Shown: positions 42,827 to 53,577, numbered from the stretch's first letter. The stretch: DNA of 59,310 bases from a bacterium (GCA_021812345.1 JAKANP010000004.1:1-59310); one strand, 5' to 3'. The notes: generated by a model from the sequence alone, not told the origin. Translations and numbers: made by a program.

Positions 42827-44095
42827 ATGTTTGTAACCGCTATAGATCTGGGGTCGTCTCAAATAAAAGGAGTTGTTGTGGACGTCAAAAGAGATGGGAC
42901 GGTTGTTGCGGTTAAAACCATAAAGAAAAAATCCGGCGGAATAAAAAAGGGCGAGATCGTCGATGTTGAAGAGGCGGTCAAAGTTCTTTTTGAAATCTTA
43001 AGCGAGATAAAACACTTTGATAAAAAATGTATCAAGAACATTGTTTTTGGAATATCCGGTTCAAAGAGTAAATTTTTAGTTTCTCGAGGTGTGATTTCTA
43101 TTCAACGTCCCGATCTTGAAATTATTTCCGATGATATAGACAGAGTTATCAAGGAATCTTTGGCAATAAATTTTCCTCCCGGTTGGCAAATAATACATTC
43201 TTTTCCAAGAGAGTTTATTATTGACGACATTGAAGTTGATGATGCTAATGTCGTTGGTCTTTCGGGAAGAAAACTCGAAGCTAATGTGGTTTTGATTGCC
43301 ATCTTCTCTTCTATTTATAAAAATTTCACAAAGATGACCAATCTTGTTTTGGGTAAAAAGGCTGACATCGACGGAAGTTTGATTTTTAATCCCATGGCTG
43401 GAGAACGCGCCGTTCTTTCCAAAAGCCAAAAAGAATTAGGGTCGGCTTTAATTGATATCGGATTTGGCACAACATCCCTTTCCGTATTCCAAGACGGTAA
43501 AATATTTTCCACCAAAGTTTTTCCCATAGGCGCCGGGAATATTACTAACGATATTGCTATTGGATTAAAGTGTTCCATTAAAACGGCAGAAGCTATTAAA
43601 ATAACCTCAGGGTGCGCATTTTCAAAAGATGTTTCAACTAAAGAAAAAATAGATTTGAGCCAATTTGAAGAAGGCCAAAGTAAGGAAGTTTCCAAAAGAT
43701 ATATTGCCGAAATAATAGAAGTCAGAGTAAGAGAAATATTCTCATTGGTGAACGAAGAATTAAAAAATCTTGCTAAATCTCAAAAACTTCCTGCCGGAGT
43801 GGTTATTTCCGGTGGAGGTTCAAAGCTTCAGGGGATTTTGGACTTAGCTAAGGAAGAACTGAGGCTTCCTGCTCAGATTGGACTCCCGAATCTTTCGGAG
43901 ATAGAATCTTCTCATGCTCAAATTACTAATGAGCTGGATGATCCTGAGATGGTGGTAGCTTGCGGATTGGCTCTGCAAAAAGTGGATAATCTCAAAAAAG
44001 AAGGTCCATTTAGATTTGCTCAGGGTTCAAATTATTTGATTAGCGAGCCGTGGTATAGAAAAATTATAAAATTATTCACCCCCTCCGAAGATTAA
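42827..44095 (+). CDS. ftsA: Cell division protein FtsA
   Basis: AIDLGSS, IDIGFGTT, VVISGGGS; precedes ftsZ. Confidence 0.95.
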   Translation: MFVTAIDLGSSQIKGVVVDVKRDGTVVAVKTIKKKSGGIKKGEIVDVEEAVKVLFEILSEIKHFDKKCIKNIVFGISGSKSKFLVSRGVISIQRPDLEIISDDIDRVIKESLAINFPPGWQIIHSFPREFIIDDIEVDDANVVGLSGRKLEANVVLIAIFSSIYKNFTKMTNLVLGKKADIDGSLIFNPMAGERAVLSKSQKELGSALIDIGFGTTSLSVFQDGKIFSTKVFPIGAGNITNDIAIGLKCSIKTAEAIKITSGCAFSKDVSTKEKIDLSQFEEGQSKEVSKRYIAEIIEVRVREIFSLVNEELKNLAKSQKLPAGVVISGGGSKLQGILDLAKEELRLPAQIGLPNLSEIESSHAQITNELDDPEMVVACGLALQKVDNLKKEGPFRFAQGSNYLISEPWYRKIIKLFTPSED

Positions 44096-44114
44096 TTTTG
44101 TTTTAATTTTAAAT

Positions 44115-45467
44115 ATGAAAAAAAATAATAGAAACTCGGCAAAAAAAATAAAAATTTTCTCCGATAAAAAACAAAAAGAAAAAAAGATAAAAATAAAAAA
44201 GTCCGCGACCCACGGCCATCTTCCGAAAGCGTCAAAAAATATCAACACAAAAAAAGAAAAAACAAAATCGGTATCTTTAGGCAACGTCATCAAAAAAGAA
44301 AAAAATTTGTCGATGCCTAAAATAAAAGTTGTCGGAGTTGGCGGTGGAGGAGGTAATGCCATAACCAGGATGTATGATTATTTTCCAAAAGGAGTTGATT
44401 TGATTGCCGTTAACACCGATGCTCAAGATTTGGAACATTGCAAAGCAAAAAGAAAATTAGTTATCGGAAAACAAATAACTAAGGGTATGGGAGCGGGAAT
44501 GAATCCTGATTTGGGAAAACAGGCGGCTGAAGAAAATAGAGAAGAAATTGCCAACGCTCTTTCGGGAGCCGATATGATTTTTTTAACATCGGGATTTGGA
44601 GGAGGGACCGGAAGCGGAGCAACTCCGATAATCGCCGAGGTGGCTCAAGAGCTGGGAATACTTACCGTTGCCATTGTCACCAAACCTTTTTCTTTCGAGG
44701 GGGTTCAGAGAAATCAAATAGCTCAAGATGCGATAACTAAAGTAAAAGACAGAGTTGATTCTTTAATAATTATTTCCAACGATAAGATTTTTTCGGTGAT
44801 TAATAAAGAAACAACTTTGCACAAAGCTTTTGAGGCGATTGATGAAGTTTTGAAGAATGCGGTTTTGGGTGTGGCGGAATTAATTATCTCTCCGGGAATT
44901 ATTAATGTTGATTTTGCCGATGTTAAATCAATTATGCAAAATTCAGGCGCGTCAATTATAGGGGTGGGGATATCTTCCGGCAAAGAAAGAGCAATAACCG
45001 CTTCCAATATGGCTCTAAACTCTCCTCTTTTGGAAAGCGTTATTGACGGAGCTAAGGGGGTGTTGTTTAGTGTTTCCGGCCATAAAGATCTTAAAATGAA
45101 CGAAATTAATGAGATAGCATCGGCTATTTCAGAGAGCGTGGATCCTTCGGCAAAGATAATTTTTGGAGCTTACCATGACAGGAAATTATCAAAGGGTCAA
45201 ATTAAGGTAACTTTGATAGCTACAGGATTTGGATCGAGTTATGGAAGAAATTATTCTCTATTTTCGGACTTTGAATCCAACATTAAAAGTGGTAGCATAT
45301 TTCAAAACACGGAAGAGAAGCAAAAATTATCCGCAGTTTCCAAAAAAGAAGAAAAAAAAGATAATCAAAATTCATCGTCTTCTAATCAACAGCAGACAGC
45401 CACCGAAGATTCTGAAGAGGAATGGGACATCCCGACATTTTTGAGAAAAAAAGGCAAACGAAGATAA
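44115..45467 (+). CDS. ftsZ: Cell division protein FtsZ with a Lys-rich N-terminal extension
   Basis: IKVVGVGGGGGNA, GGGTGSG, INVDFADV, C-terminal DIPTFLRKK; start could be the internal Met of MPKIKVV. Confidence 0.97.
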   Translation: MKKNNRNSAKKIKIFSDKKQKEKKIKIKKSATHGHLPKASKNINTKKEKTKSVSLGNVIKKEKNLSMPKIKVVGVGGGGGNAITRMYDYFPKGVDLIAVNTDAQDLEHCKAKRKLVIGKQITKGMGAGMNPDLGKQAAEENREEIANALSGADMIFLTSGFGGGTGSGATPIIAEVAQELGILTVAIVTKPFSFEGVQRNQIAQDAITKVKDRVDSLIIISNDKIFSVINKETTLHKAFEAIDEVLKNAVLGVAELIISPGIINVDFADVKSIMQNSGASIIGVGISSGKERAITASNMALNSPLLESVIDGAKGVLFSVSGHKDLKMNEINEIASAISESVDPSAKIIFGAYHDRKLSKGQIKVTLIATGFGSSYGRNYSLFSDFESNIKSGSIFQNTEEKQKLSAVSKKEEKKDNQNSSSSNQQQTATEDSEEEWDIPTFLRKKGKRR

Positions 45468-45634
45468 TTTTTGCAAGTACGAATAAATAAAAATAAAAGA
45501 TAAAATTAATTTTTTTGTGTTTTTAATTTTTATCCGGAATTTTTAAAAATATTCGTATTTTTTTATTTTTAATTTCCGATTGATTTTTTAGAACCGTAAA
45601 AAGCTTTGTCGCAAAGCAAAAAAATTTTAAAAAA

Positions 45635-48220
45635 ATGATAAAATTTATTTTAAAGCGCAATGGCGCGAAAGTTCCTTTTAATGTTCAAAAAATAACCAAT
45701 GCTGTTTACAACGCATCTTCCGCTGTCGGCCAGGCGGATTGGAAAAAATCGGAAGAGATTACCAAAGAAATTTTGAAAAAGCTTGAACACGGAAAAAAAT
45801 CTCAAATTCCCACAGTTGAAGAAGTGCAGGATATGGTTGAAAAAGTTTTGATAGAAAGCGGGTTGGCAAAAGTTGCCAAAGCTTATATTTTATACAGACA
45901 GCATAGGTATGAAATCAGACAAGAGAAATCTCAGGTCTTAAATAAAAAAGAAATTGACGACGTTGATAAAAAATTCGACGTTAATGCCTTGAGAGTTTTA
46001 GCCTCAAGATATCTTAAAAAAAGCGATGAAGGAAATATAGTTGAATCCCCAAAAGAACTTTTTACCAGAGTTTCTGTTCACGCTACCATCCCGTCTTTGT
46101 TTTACGATGAAAAAATATATAAAAAGAAAGGAACTTCGATTTCAAATTATATTCCGGTTGAATACGATGCTGACAAGCTTGAAGGAAAAATAAAAATAGG
46201 AAAATATTCATTAAATCGTTTTCATATTTCCGCTCTTCTGAGGCTCTATAATAAATTTTATTCTCAAGGAAAAATAAATATAAAATGGAACGCCTTTCTT
46301 AAACTTTTTGAAAATGAATATTTTTCAAAATACGAAAAAGAAATTTCCGAATATTATGAGGTGATGATTTCGAGAAAATTTATGCCCAATACTCCGGCAA
46401 TTGCCAATTTCGGAAATTATTTGGGAATGGGAAGCGCGTGCTTTGTGCTTGGAGTGGAGGATTCCATCGAGGATATAATGGATAAATTAAAAGCCGCTTC
46501 CATCATATTTAAAGCCGGAGGCGGTGTCGGATATAATTTTTCCAAATTGAGACCGGAAGGTGATTATGTCAAAACTACCGGAGGAGTTGCCTCTGGACCT
46601 ATCAGCTTTATGACAATGTTTGATAATATGACGGATGTTATTAAACAGGGAGGAATTAGAAGAGGGGCTAATATGGGCATTTTAAATTCAAATCATCCGG
46701 ATATCTTGAAATTTATTAAATCTAAAGAAGGCAATAAGGCCTTAACCAACTTCAACATCTCAACTTTGATAATGGGAGATTTCTGGAAATATCTTGAAAA
46801 AAAAGAACCTTACCCGTTACTTAATCCCAGAACTAAAAAAATTGTCGCCCACATAGACCCAAAACAATTTTTAGACATCATCGCTTATCAAGCTTGGGAA
46901 TCAGCAGAGCCGGGAGTTATTTTTGAAGACAAGGTTAATGAATACAATCCTTTCTATAAATATCTTGGTCCCATAGTCACCACCAATCCTTGCGGAGAGG
47001 TTTTGCTTTATCCGTTTGAATCGTGTAATTTGGGTTCTCTAAACATCTGGTCTTTTGTTGAACAAAAAAACGGAAGCGCCGCCAAAATGAATTGGGAAGA
47101 ACTGGAAAGAGTTACCAAAATAGCTTCAAGATTTTTGGATAACGTGGTGGATGTAAATTTATATCCTCTTAAGGAAATAGAAGAAATGACTCTTTCAACC
47201 AGGAAGCTCGGTCTTGGAGTGATGGGCGTCGGCGACGCGCTTTATGAGTTGGGACTTCCTTACAACGGAAAATCCGGAGTTGATTTTATGAGCAAGTTGA
47301 TGGAGTCGGTGAATTATTATTCAAAATTGGTTTCGGTTGAACTTGCCAAATCAAGAGGTCCGATGCCTTATTATGAAAAATCATTTTATAAAGAGGGTAA
47401 ACTTCCTTTCTCCGGTTTTTATGATAAGTCTCAATGGCATTTTAAATGGGACGAAATTTCAAAAGATGTAAAAAAACACGGAATCAGAAACGGATACACC
47501 ACCGTCATCGCGCCCACAGGTTCAATTTCCATGATTGCCGGATGTTCTTCCGGAATAGAACCGGTTTACAGCTTGGTTTTTGAAAAACATGTTACCGTCG
47601 GAAATTTTTATTATGTCGATCCTGTTTTTGAAGAAAAAATGCAGAAAGAGGGTTTAATGGACGATGCGTTAATTAAAGAGGTGGCATCTCACAGTGGGAC
47701 GGTAAGGGATCTTTCTTATATTTCGGAAAAATTCAAAAAAGTTTTTGTAACGGCTCACGATATTTCTCCAAAAGATCACATTAGAGCTATGGCCGCCTTT
47801 CAGAAATGGACCGATTCTTCCATTTCCAAAACCAATAATTTTCCGGCAGACGCGACCGTTGAAGATGTCAAAGAGGTTTATTTAATGGCTTATAAATTGG
47901 GTTGTAAAGGGGTGACTGTTTTTAGGGATGGGTCAATTACCAATCAAGTTTTAGTTTCCGGAAAAATTTCAAAAAAGGAAAAATCTTCAAAAAATCAAAA
48001 TGATGGCGAATTGGTTTCAACTAAAGATGAAAAAGCCAAAGGACTTTCCGTTTATAAAGAAGCCTCCGCTTCAATTGACAACAGTTCGGACGGATTGAAT
48101 ATGTCTCCGACCTTAACTTCTTCCGATAATGGTGGCAATGATATCTCTATTGCCGGCGACAAAGAGGATGTTGTTGATTTTACCACTCCAACCGGATGCA
48201 AGGTTTGTAATTTGGGATAA
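45635..48220 (+). CDS. nrdJ: Adenosylcobalamin-dependent (class II) ribonucleotide reductase with an ATP cone
   Basis: ATP cone (KRNG...F...KI), PNTP, SACFV, RRGANM, TNPCGE, IAPTGSIS, C-terminal CKVC; no nrdB in the window. Confidence 0.92.
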   Translation: MIKFILKRNGAKVPFNVQKITNAVYNASSAVGQADWKKSEEITKEILKKLEHGKKSQIPTVEEVQDMVEKVLIESGLAKVAKAYILYRQHRYEIRQEKSQVLNKKEIDDVDKKFDVNALRVLASRYLKKSDEGNIVESPKELFTRVSVHATIPSLFYDEKIYKKKGTSISNYIPVEYDADKLEGKIKIGKYSLNRFHISALLRLYNKFYSQGKINIKWNAFLKLFENEYFSKYEKEISEYYEVMISRKFMPNTPAIANFGNYLGMGSACFVLGVEDSIEDIMDKLKAASIIFKAGGGVGYNFSKLRPEGDYVKTTGGVASGPISFMTMFDNMTDVIKQGGIRRGANMGILNSNHPDILKFIKSKEGNKALTNFNISTLIMGDFWKYLEKKEPYPLLNPRTKKIVAHIDPKQFLDIIAYQAWESAEPGVIFEDKVNEYNPFYKYLGPIVTTNPCGEVLLYPFESCNLGSLNIWSFVEQKNGSAAKMNWEELERVTKIASRFLDNVVDVNLYPLKEIEEMTLSTRKLGLGVMGVGDALYELGLPYNGKSGVDFMSKLMESVNYYSKLVSVELAKSRGPMPYYEKSFYKEGKLPFSGFYDKSQWHFKWDEISKDVKKHGIRNGYTTVIAPTGSISMIAGCSSGIEPVYSLVFEKHVTVGNFYYVDPVFEEKMQKEGLMDDALIKEVASHSGTVRDLSYISEKFKKVFVTAHDISPKDHIRAMAAFQKWTDSSISKTNNFPADATVEDVKEVYLMAYKLGCKGVTVFRDGSITNQVLVSGKISKKEKSSKNQNDGELVSTKDEKAKGLSVYKEASASIDNSSDGLNMSPTLTSSDNGGNDISIAGDKEDVVDFTTPTGCKVCNLG

Positions 48221-48297
48221 TCTTTTTAAAAACGGCTTTAATACAAAAAGCCGTTTTTTATTGTGGCAAATTTCGTGTATAATCAAATTTTACAATA

Positions 48298-48726
48298 ATG
48301 ACAAAAACAAAAAAATATTTTTCTTTTTTTCTGTTGCCGCTTTCTTTGATTGGTTTGGTTGATTCCTTTGCCATACATCAAAAAATTTATGGCGGGTATT
48401 ATCTCCCGTGCGTTATCGGAAAAAGTTGCGATATCGTTCTGTATTCAAAGTACTCCACGCTTTTTGGCATTCACTTATCATATTGGGGGTTGGCTTTTTA
48501 TTCTTTTATTTTTATATTGGCCTTATCAAATTTATTTATCGGAAAGAAATTTTTTAGATTTGCTTATTTCTCTTCTATTTTTGCGGGGCTCGCCTTTTCT
48601 TTTTATTTGCTTTATTTACAGATTTTTTTAATCGGCAGTTTGTGTGTTTACTGCGTTATTTCTTTTTCGGATATACTTTTGGCGTCAATTCTTTCATCTA
48701 TTATTATTTTCAGCAAACAAAAATGA
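48298..48726 (+). CDS. Vitamin K epoxide reductase (VKOR) family disulfide-bond protein
   Basis: C...C..VL.S.YS..FG and CVYC motifs; 4 TM segments. Confidence 0.9.
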   Translation: MTKTKKYFSFFLLPLSLIGLVDSFAIHQKIYGGYYLPCVIGKSCDIVLYSKYSTLFGIHLSYWGLAFYSFIFILALSNLFIGKKFFRFAYFSSIFAGLAFSFYLLYLQIFLIGSLCVYCVISFSDILLASILSSIIIFSKQK

Positions 48727-48801
48727 TAATCAACGATTATTAATCGCATTAATCGTTTGACTTTGAATTTTTGATATAATAATATCTTTTTCAGCAACTT
48801 A

Positions 48802-48955
48802 CGGGGTCTTCGCCCCCATCTTTGTCCGTTGCCGGCAGAGGAAATCATCAAGGGGAATGGATCAACCCCGGCATCAATAAGGTCCGTGGATTTTTCCCGG
48901 GAAAAATCCAGAACGATTCTCCAAAACTGACAACGTGAGGGGGACGAAGACCCCG
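48802..48955 (+). ncRNA. Long rod-like ncRNA, 6S RNA (SsrS) candidate
   Basis: Terminal helix CGGGGTCTTCG-CCCCC / GGGGG-A-CGAAGACCCCG; inner CGTTG/CAACG pairing; upstream TGaTATAAT; downstream terminator. Confidence 0.6.
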
Positions 48956-48994
48956 CCAAAATATATTTTTCAATGCAGTTCGAGTAATTCATAA

Positions 48995-49025
48995 GGGATG
49001 CGTTTCAAAACGCATCCCGTTTTTT
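48995..49025 (+). terminator. Intrinsic terminator
   Basis: GGGATGCGTTT-CA-AAACGCATCCC followed by a T tract. Confidence 0.8.
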
Positions 49026-49071
49026 ATAAATAAACTTGCAATCGTTATTTTTTGTGATAATATTGTTTTTA

Positions 49072-50319
49072 ATGAAAAAACGTTCCGCTTGGGTATTTGT
49101 AATAGTCATTGTTTTAATAAGCGTTTTTGGGGCATTTTTTGTTTATCCAAACAATAAAGTGTTGCCGCAACTGGCATCTTGGAGTCCGTGGCGTTTAGGA
49201 CTTGATTTGGTTGGCGGAACTCATCTCGTTTATAAAATAGATTTTTCAAAAGTTCCCGATGCGAGCAGGTCTGATACTGCTAATGGTTTAAGAGACGTTA
49301 TTGAGCGAAGAGTCAATATGTTCGGGGTTAAAGAGCCGCAAGTAACTGTCGGACAGTCAGGCGCCGATTATTTATTAAATGTTGATTTAGCCGGGATTTC
49401 TGATGTTAATCAGGCGATAAATGAAATCGGGCAAACTCCTTATCTTGATTTCAGATTGGAGGTTCAGAATGGAACCAGCACTCAGTTTATTCCTACCGGT
49501 TTGACCGGACAATATTTGCAATCGGCAAAAATTGATTTTGACCAAACAACCGGAGCTCCCAGAGTTGATCTTTCTTTTAATAGCGACGGAGCGACGATGT
49601 TTGAAAAATTAACCGGCGACAATATCGGCAAAAGAATCGCTATTTTTGTTGATAATAATTTATTAAGCGATCCTGTCGTTCAGGATAAAATTTCGGGAGG
49701 AAACGCGATAATCACCAGTCCGTCATTTACTATTGATTCGGCAAAACAATTAGCGAGCAATTTGAGCGCCGGCGCTTTACCCGCCCCCATATCTTTAATT
49801 GACCAACAAACCGTTGGCGCCAGCTTAGGAAAAGATTCTTTAGATAAATCTATTTTGGCCGGAGTTATCGGAATGATTTTAGTTATGCTCTTTATGATTA
49901 TTTATTACCGCTCGTTTGGAATTTATGCTTCAGTCGCTTTGATTATCTACACGATTTTATCATTATCAATATTTAAACTTTTTGTAACCATGTCTTTGGC
50001 GGGAATTGCCGGATTTTTGCTTTCCATAGGAATGGCGGTGGACGCGAACGTCTTGATTTTTGAACGCACCAAAGAGGAATTAAGAAGAGGTCTTTCCAGA
50101 ACCGTTGCCATAAAAGAAGGATTTAAACGGGCCTGGCCATCAATTCGCGACTCAAACGTTTCCACTATAATTACCACCTTGATTCTTTACAATTTAACCT
50201 CCAGCTTTGTTAAGGGATTGGCATTAACATTGCTTCTCGGTGTTTTGGTCAGCATGTTTACGGCTATTACCGTTACCAGAAATTTAATGACTGTTTTTGT
50301 TAAAGATAAAACCCAATAA
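49072..50319 (+). CDS. secD: Protein translocase subunit SecD
   Basis: LGLDLVGG, RRVNMFGVKEP, GMAVDANVLIFER; start at ATG 49072. Confidence 0.96.
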   Translation: MKKRSAWVFVIVIVLISVFGAFFVYPNNKVLPQLASWSPWRLGLDLVGGTHLVYKIDFSKVPDASRSDTANGLRDVIERRVNMFGVKEPQVTVGQSGADYLLNVDLAGISDVNQAINEIGQTPYLDFRLEVQNGTSTQFIPTGLTGQYLQSAKIDFDQTTGAPRVDLSFNSDGATMFEKLTGDNIGKRIAIFVDNNLLSDPVVQDKISGGNAIITSPSFTIDSAKQLASNLSAGALPAPISLIDQQTVGASLGKDSLDKSILAGVIGMILVMLFMIIYYRSFGIYASVALIIYTILSLSIFKLFVTMSLAGIAGFLLSIGMAVDANVLIFERTKEELRRGLSRTVAIKEGFKRAWPSIRDSNVSTIITTLILYNLTSSFVKGLALTLLLGVLVSMFTAITVTRNLMTVFVKDKTQ

Positions 50320-50321
50320 AT

Positions 50322-51218
50322 ATGAATATTATCGGACATAAAAAAATATTTTTAACATTCTCGCTGATTTTAGTCGTAATCAGTTTAGTTTGTATAGTTA
50401 TGTTTGGATTTAAGCCGGCAATAGATTTTACCGGAGGCACTTTATGGCAGATAAAAATCGGCGACCCGACCGTGAGCGATAGCGCTTTGCAAAACGCTTT
50501 CGTTTCTTTTGGCGCCAAAGATCCGATAATTTACAAAGATTTAACCTCCGATAGTTTTATGGTAAAGCTTCAAAATGTTTCCGAAGCCGACCATCAGTCA
50601 TACTTAAAATCATTGGAACAAAAATTTTCTCAAGTTCAGGAACTTAAATTTGAAAGTATCGGTCCGACTATCGGCAGTCAGCTTAAAAGTCGCGCCATCT
50701 GGGCGATAATTTTAGTTCTTATTGGAATTTCTTTATATATTGCTTTTGCTTTCAGAAAAGCGTCTTATCCGGTTCAATCATGGAAATATGGCATAGCGAC
50801 ATTAATCGCCTTAACTCATGATGTTGTTATCCCATCGGGAGTGATTGCGGCTATGGGGCATTTTGCCGGAGTTGAAATGGATACTAATTTTGTCGTGGCG
50901 CTTTTGGTTATTATGGGATTTTCGGTCCACGACACAATTGTTGTTTTTGATAGAATAAGAGAGAATCTTTTAACCAGAAAAGGAAGCAGGGGGTTTGACG
51001 AAATCGTCAACGACAGCGTTGTCCAAACTATTGCCCGTTCCATTAATACTTCATTGACGTTAATTTTAGTTTTAACGGCGATGCTTATTTTTGGAGCTCC
51101 AACCCTTAAGCTTTTTGTTTTGATTATGCTCATAGGCGTCATTTTTGGAACCTATTCTTCAATTTTCATTGCCAGTCCGATATTGACAATTTGGCATAAG
51201 TTTGGTAAAAATAAGTAG
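50322..51218 (+). CDS. secF: Protein translocase subunit SecF
   Basis: IDFTGG, IGPTIG, HD, GFSVHDTIVVFDRIRE, RSINTS. Confidence 0.96.
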   Translation: MNIIGHKKIFLTFSLILVVISLVCIVMFGFKPAIDFTGGTLWQIKIGDPTVSDSALQNAFVSFGAKDPIIYKDLTSDSFMVKLQNVSEADHQSYLKSLEQKFSQVQELKFESIGPTIGSQLKSRAIWAIILVLIGISLYIAFAFRKASYPVQSWKYGIATLIALTHDVVIPSGVIAAMGHFAGVEMDTNFVVALLVIMGFSVHDTIVVFDRIRENLLTRKGSRGFDEIVNDSVVQTIARSINTSLTLILVLTAMLIFGAPTLKLFVLIMLIGVIFGTYSSIFIASPILTIWHKFGKNK

Positions 51219-51231
51219 AAAATAAGCCAAA

Positions 51232-52260
51232 ATGTTTTTAAAAGATATATTAAACAATTTAGTTGGAAGTCTTTCCAAACGCCAAAAAGAAATAATTACC
51301 CAACGCTTTGGGCTTTTTGAGAGTAAGCCGAAAACATTAGCCGCCTTGGGCGATAAATATGGAATTACCCGCGAAAGAGTCCGTCAAATAGAGTCGGGAG
51401 CTTTGCGTTCTCTTTTAAAAATTTCTGAAAATAACAAAGAAATTAAATCAATTTATCAAAAATCGCTTAATCATATAAAAAGTCTTGGAGGAGTGAGACG
51501 AGCCGATTTATTAATTCAGGATTTAAAATTTGTTCTTTCGGATAAAAATTTAAAATCTTCCGAAATAGAACTTTTATTTTCCATATTTAAATCTCCGGTA
51601 ATATTTCAAGAAAACAGAGAATTTTATTCTTTTTGGTATATTTCAGCCGAAGATTTGAAATCAAATAAAGAATTTATTTCCAAAGTTGCCAAGAGTCTTA
51701 AAAATAAAAAAGAAGAAATTATTTCCAAGAAAAAATTTGACGAGCTTTTTTATCAGACCGTTAAAAGTCATTCAATTTTGGATAATGTTGCAGCTAATTT
51801 CATTTTGAATTCAAAAATATTTTCCGCCAATCCTTATGGAGATTTTGGCTTGGCCGAATGGCCGGAAATTGTTCCTAAAACAATCAGAGATAAATCGTAT
51901 TTAATACTCAAGAAAAAGGAATCCCCGATGCATTTTAGAAAAATTGCCGAAGAAATAAATAGAATAAGATTTGATTCCAAAAAAGCTCATTCTCAAACGG
52001 TTCATAACGAATTAATTAAAGATCCGAGATTTGTTCTTGTCGGAAGAGGACTCTATGGTCTTAAGGAAAATGGATATGAAACCGGTACAGCAAAGGATGT
52101 TATTTCAAAAATATTGAAAGAAAATGGACCCTTGTCTTTTGACAAAATAGTTCAGCTGGTTTCCGAGCAGAGGATATTGAAGCAAAATACTATTTTGCTT
52201 AATCTGCAAAATAAAAAATATTTCAAGAAAATTGACGGAGGATTATATCATATTGCCTAG
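51232..52260 (+). CDS. Sigma-70 region 4-like HTH plus HARE-HTH (delta-subunit-like) protein
   Basis: N-terminal RFGL...TL..LG..YGITRERVRQIE; C-terminal PMHFR.IA...TVHNELIKDPRFVLVGRGLYGL. Confidence 0.85.
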   Translation: MFLKDILNNLVGSLSKRQKEIITQRFGLFESKPKTLAALGDKYGITRERVRQIESGALRSLLKISENNKEIKSIYQKSLNHIKSLGGVRRADLLIQDLKFVLSDKNLKSSEIELLFSIFKSPVIFQENREFYSFWYISAEDLKSNKEFISKVAKSLKNKKEEIISKKKFDELFYQTVKSHSILDNVAANFILNSKIFSANPYGDFGLAEWPEIVPKTIRDKSYLILKKKESPMHFRKIAEEINRIRFDSKKAHSQTVHNELIKDPRFVLVGRGLYGLKENGYETGTAKDVISKILKENGPLSFDKIVQLVSEQRILKQNTILLNLQNKKYFKKIDGGLYHIA

Positions 52261-52356
52261 TCAAAAAGTTGATTATTTTTTTGGACTTTTTATAACGCAG
52301 GAACTTTAAAAAAATGCTTTAAGCTGGTATTCTTTATATATATTCATTTTAAATCA

Positions 52357-53577
52357 ATGTTTGAATTCATTAATGCGGCCGTTGGAAGTTTTTTCCAAAC
52401 CCTATTGGCGGTTGTTTGGATAGTTCTGCCTATTTTTTTATTTGCTCTTTTTTGGACGTTAAGGCTTTATCAAAAGAGGATAGAATTTCTTTCTAAAGTA
52501 AAATGGGTAATGCTGGAATTAAAACCTCCAAAAGATTTAATCAAAACTCCAAAATCAATGGAGCAGGTGTTTTCTTCGTTTTATGGAATATATTCGGGAG
52601 GAATAAAATGGCACGAAAAGTATCTTGACGGCAAGGTTGACCTTTGGATGTCTTTGGAAATGGTCGGACGCGGAGGAGGAACTCATTTTTATCTAAGATG
52701 TCCCGCGCAATTTAGAAATCTTGCCGAAGCGGCAATTTATGCTCAATATCCGGATGTTGAAATTGTTGAAACTCAGGATTATACGGAAGAAATGCCGGAG
52801 GTTTTGCCCAACGAAATATGGGATTTGTGGGGAGGCGGTTTTACGCTTGCCAAAAACAGCGCTTATCCGATAAAAACCTATCCTTATTTTGAAGAAGTTA
52901 AAGAAGAAAAAAGAATTGACCCGATATCAAACATTGCCGAAGCAATGTCTAAATTAAAAGATGATGAAATGATTTGGATTCAGCTTTTGGTAAGTCCTAC
53001 CGGAGCTCAAACCGGAAGTGATTTGAAAAAAGAATGCGAAGATGAAATAAAAAAAATAGTCGATTCTACTCGGGAACCGAAAGGAGAGGGGGAAACTATT
53101 TCTCTTGGTATGTGGAAATTAACTCCGGCTCAGCAGGATGTTATTAAAGCTATCGGCAACAAGGGCACTAAAATGCCGTTTCAGTTTTCGTTGAGAGCTA
53201 TTTATATAGACAAAAAAAATGAATTTACGATGTCAAATGTAGCCGCTTTGCGATCGGCTTTTCAACTTTTTAATACCAGTGATTTGAACGCTCTAAAAGG
53301 AGATAAGCTTTCCACCTCTTACGGAAAATTTTTAGGAAGAATTTTACCATGGTATAAACAATTTCAAATAAACTCTAAAAAAAGGAGAATATATGATTAT
53401 TACAGAAAAAGGAAATTCGGCTATTCGGGACGCTTGGTCTCGGAAGCGTTGCCGATTTTAAATACTGAGGAATTAGCTACTTTGTTTCATTTTCCGGCCG
53501 GCGTTGTCAAAGCGGCTAAACTTCAAACAATTTATTCCCGAAAAGGAGAGCCGCCGGTTAATCTTCCGATAGAATAA
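52357..53577 (+). CDS. Hypothetical membrane-anchored protein, partner of the downstream ATPase
   Basis: N-terminal TM; YAQYPDVEI, ILNTEELATLFHFP, EPPVNLP; 17 bp from the next gene. Confidence 0.85.
   Translation: MFEFINAAVGSFFQTLLAVVWIVLPIFLFALFWTLRLYQKRIEFLSKVKWVMLELKPPKDLIKTPKSMEQVFSSFYGIYSGGIKWHEKYLDGKVDLWMSLEMVGRGGGTHFYLRCPAQFRNLAEAAIYAQYPDVEIVETQDYTEEMPEVLPNEIWDLWGGGFTLAKNSAYPIKTYPYFEEVKEEKRIDPISNIAEAMSKLKDDEMIWIQLLVSPTGAQTGSDLKKECEDEIKKIVDSTREPKGEGETISLGMWKLTPAQQDVIKAIGNKGTKMPFQFSLRAIYIDKKNEFTMSNVAALRSAFQLFNTSDLNALKGDKLSTSYGKFLGRILPWYKQFQINSKKRRIYDYYRKRKFGYSGRLVSEALPILNTEELATLFHFPAGVVKAAKLQTIYSRKGEPPVNLPIE

Noticed and set aside
45635..48220. Intein or intron in nrdJ
   Set aside because: Catalytic motifs are contiguous; no intein N- or C-terminal splice motifs or embedded endonuclease seen
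48648..48992. 114-aa minus-strand ORF
   Set aside because: Overlaps the structured RNA candidate and the end of VKOR; no protein motif
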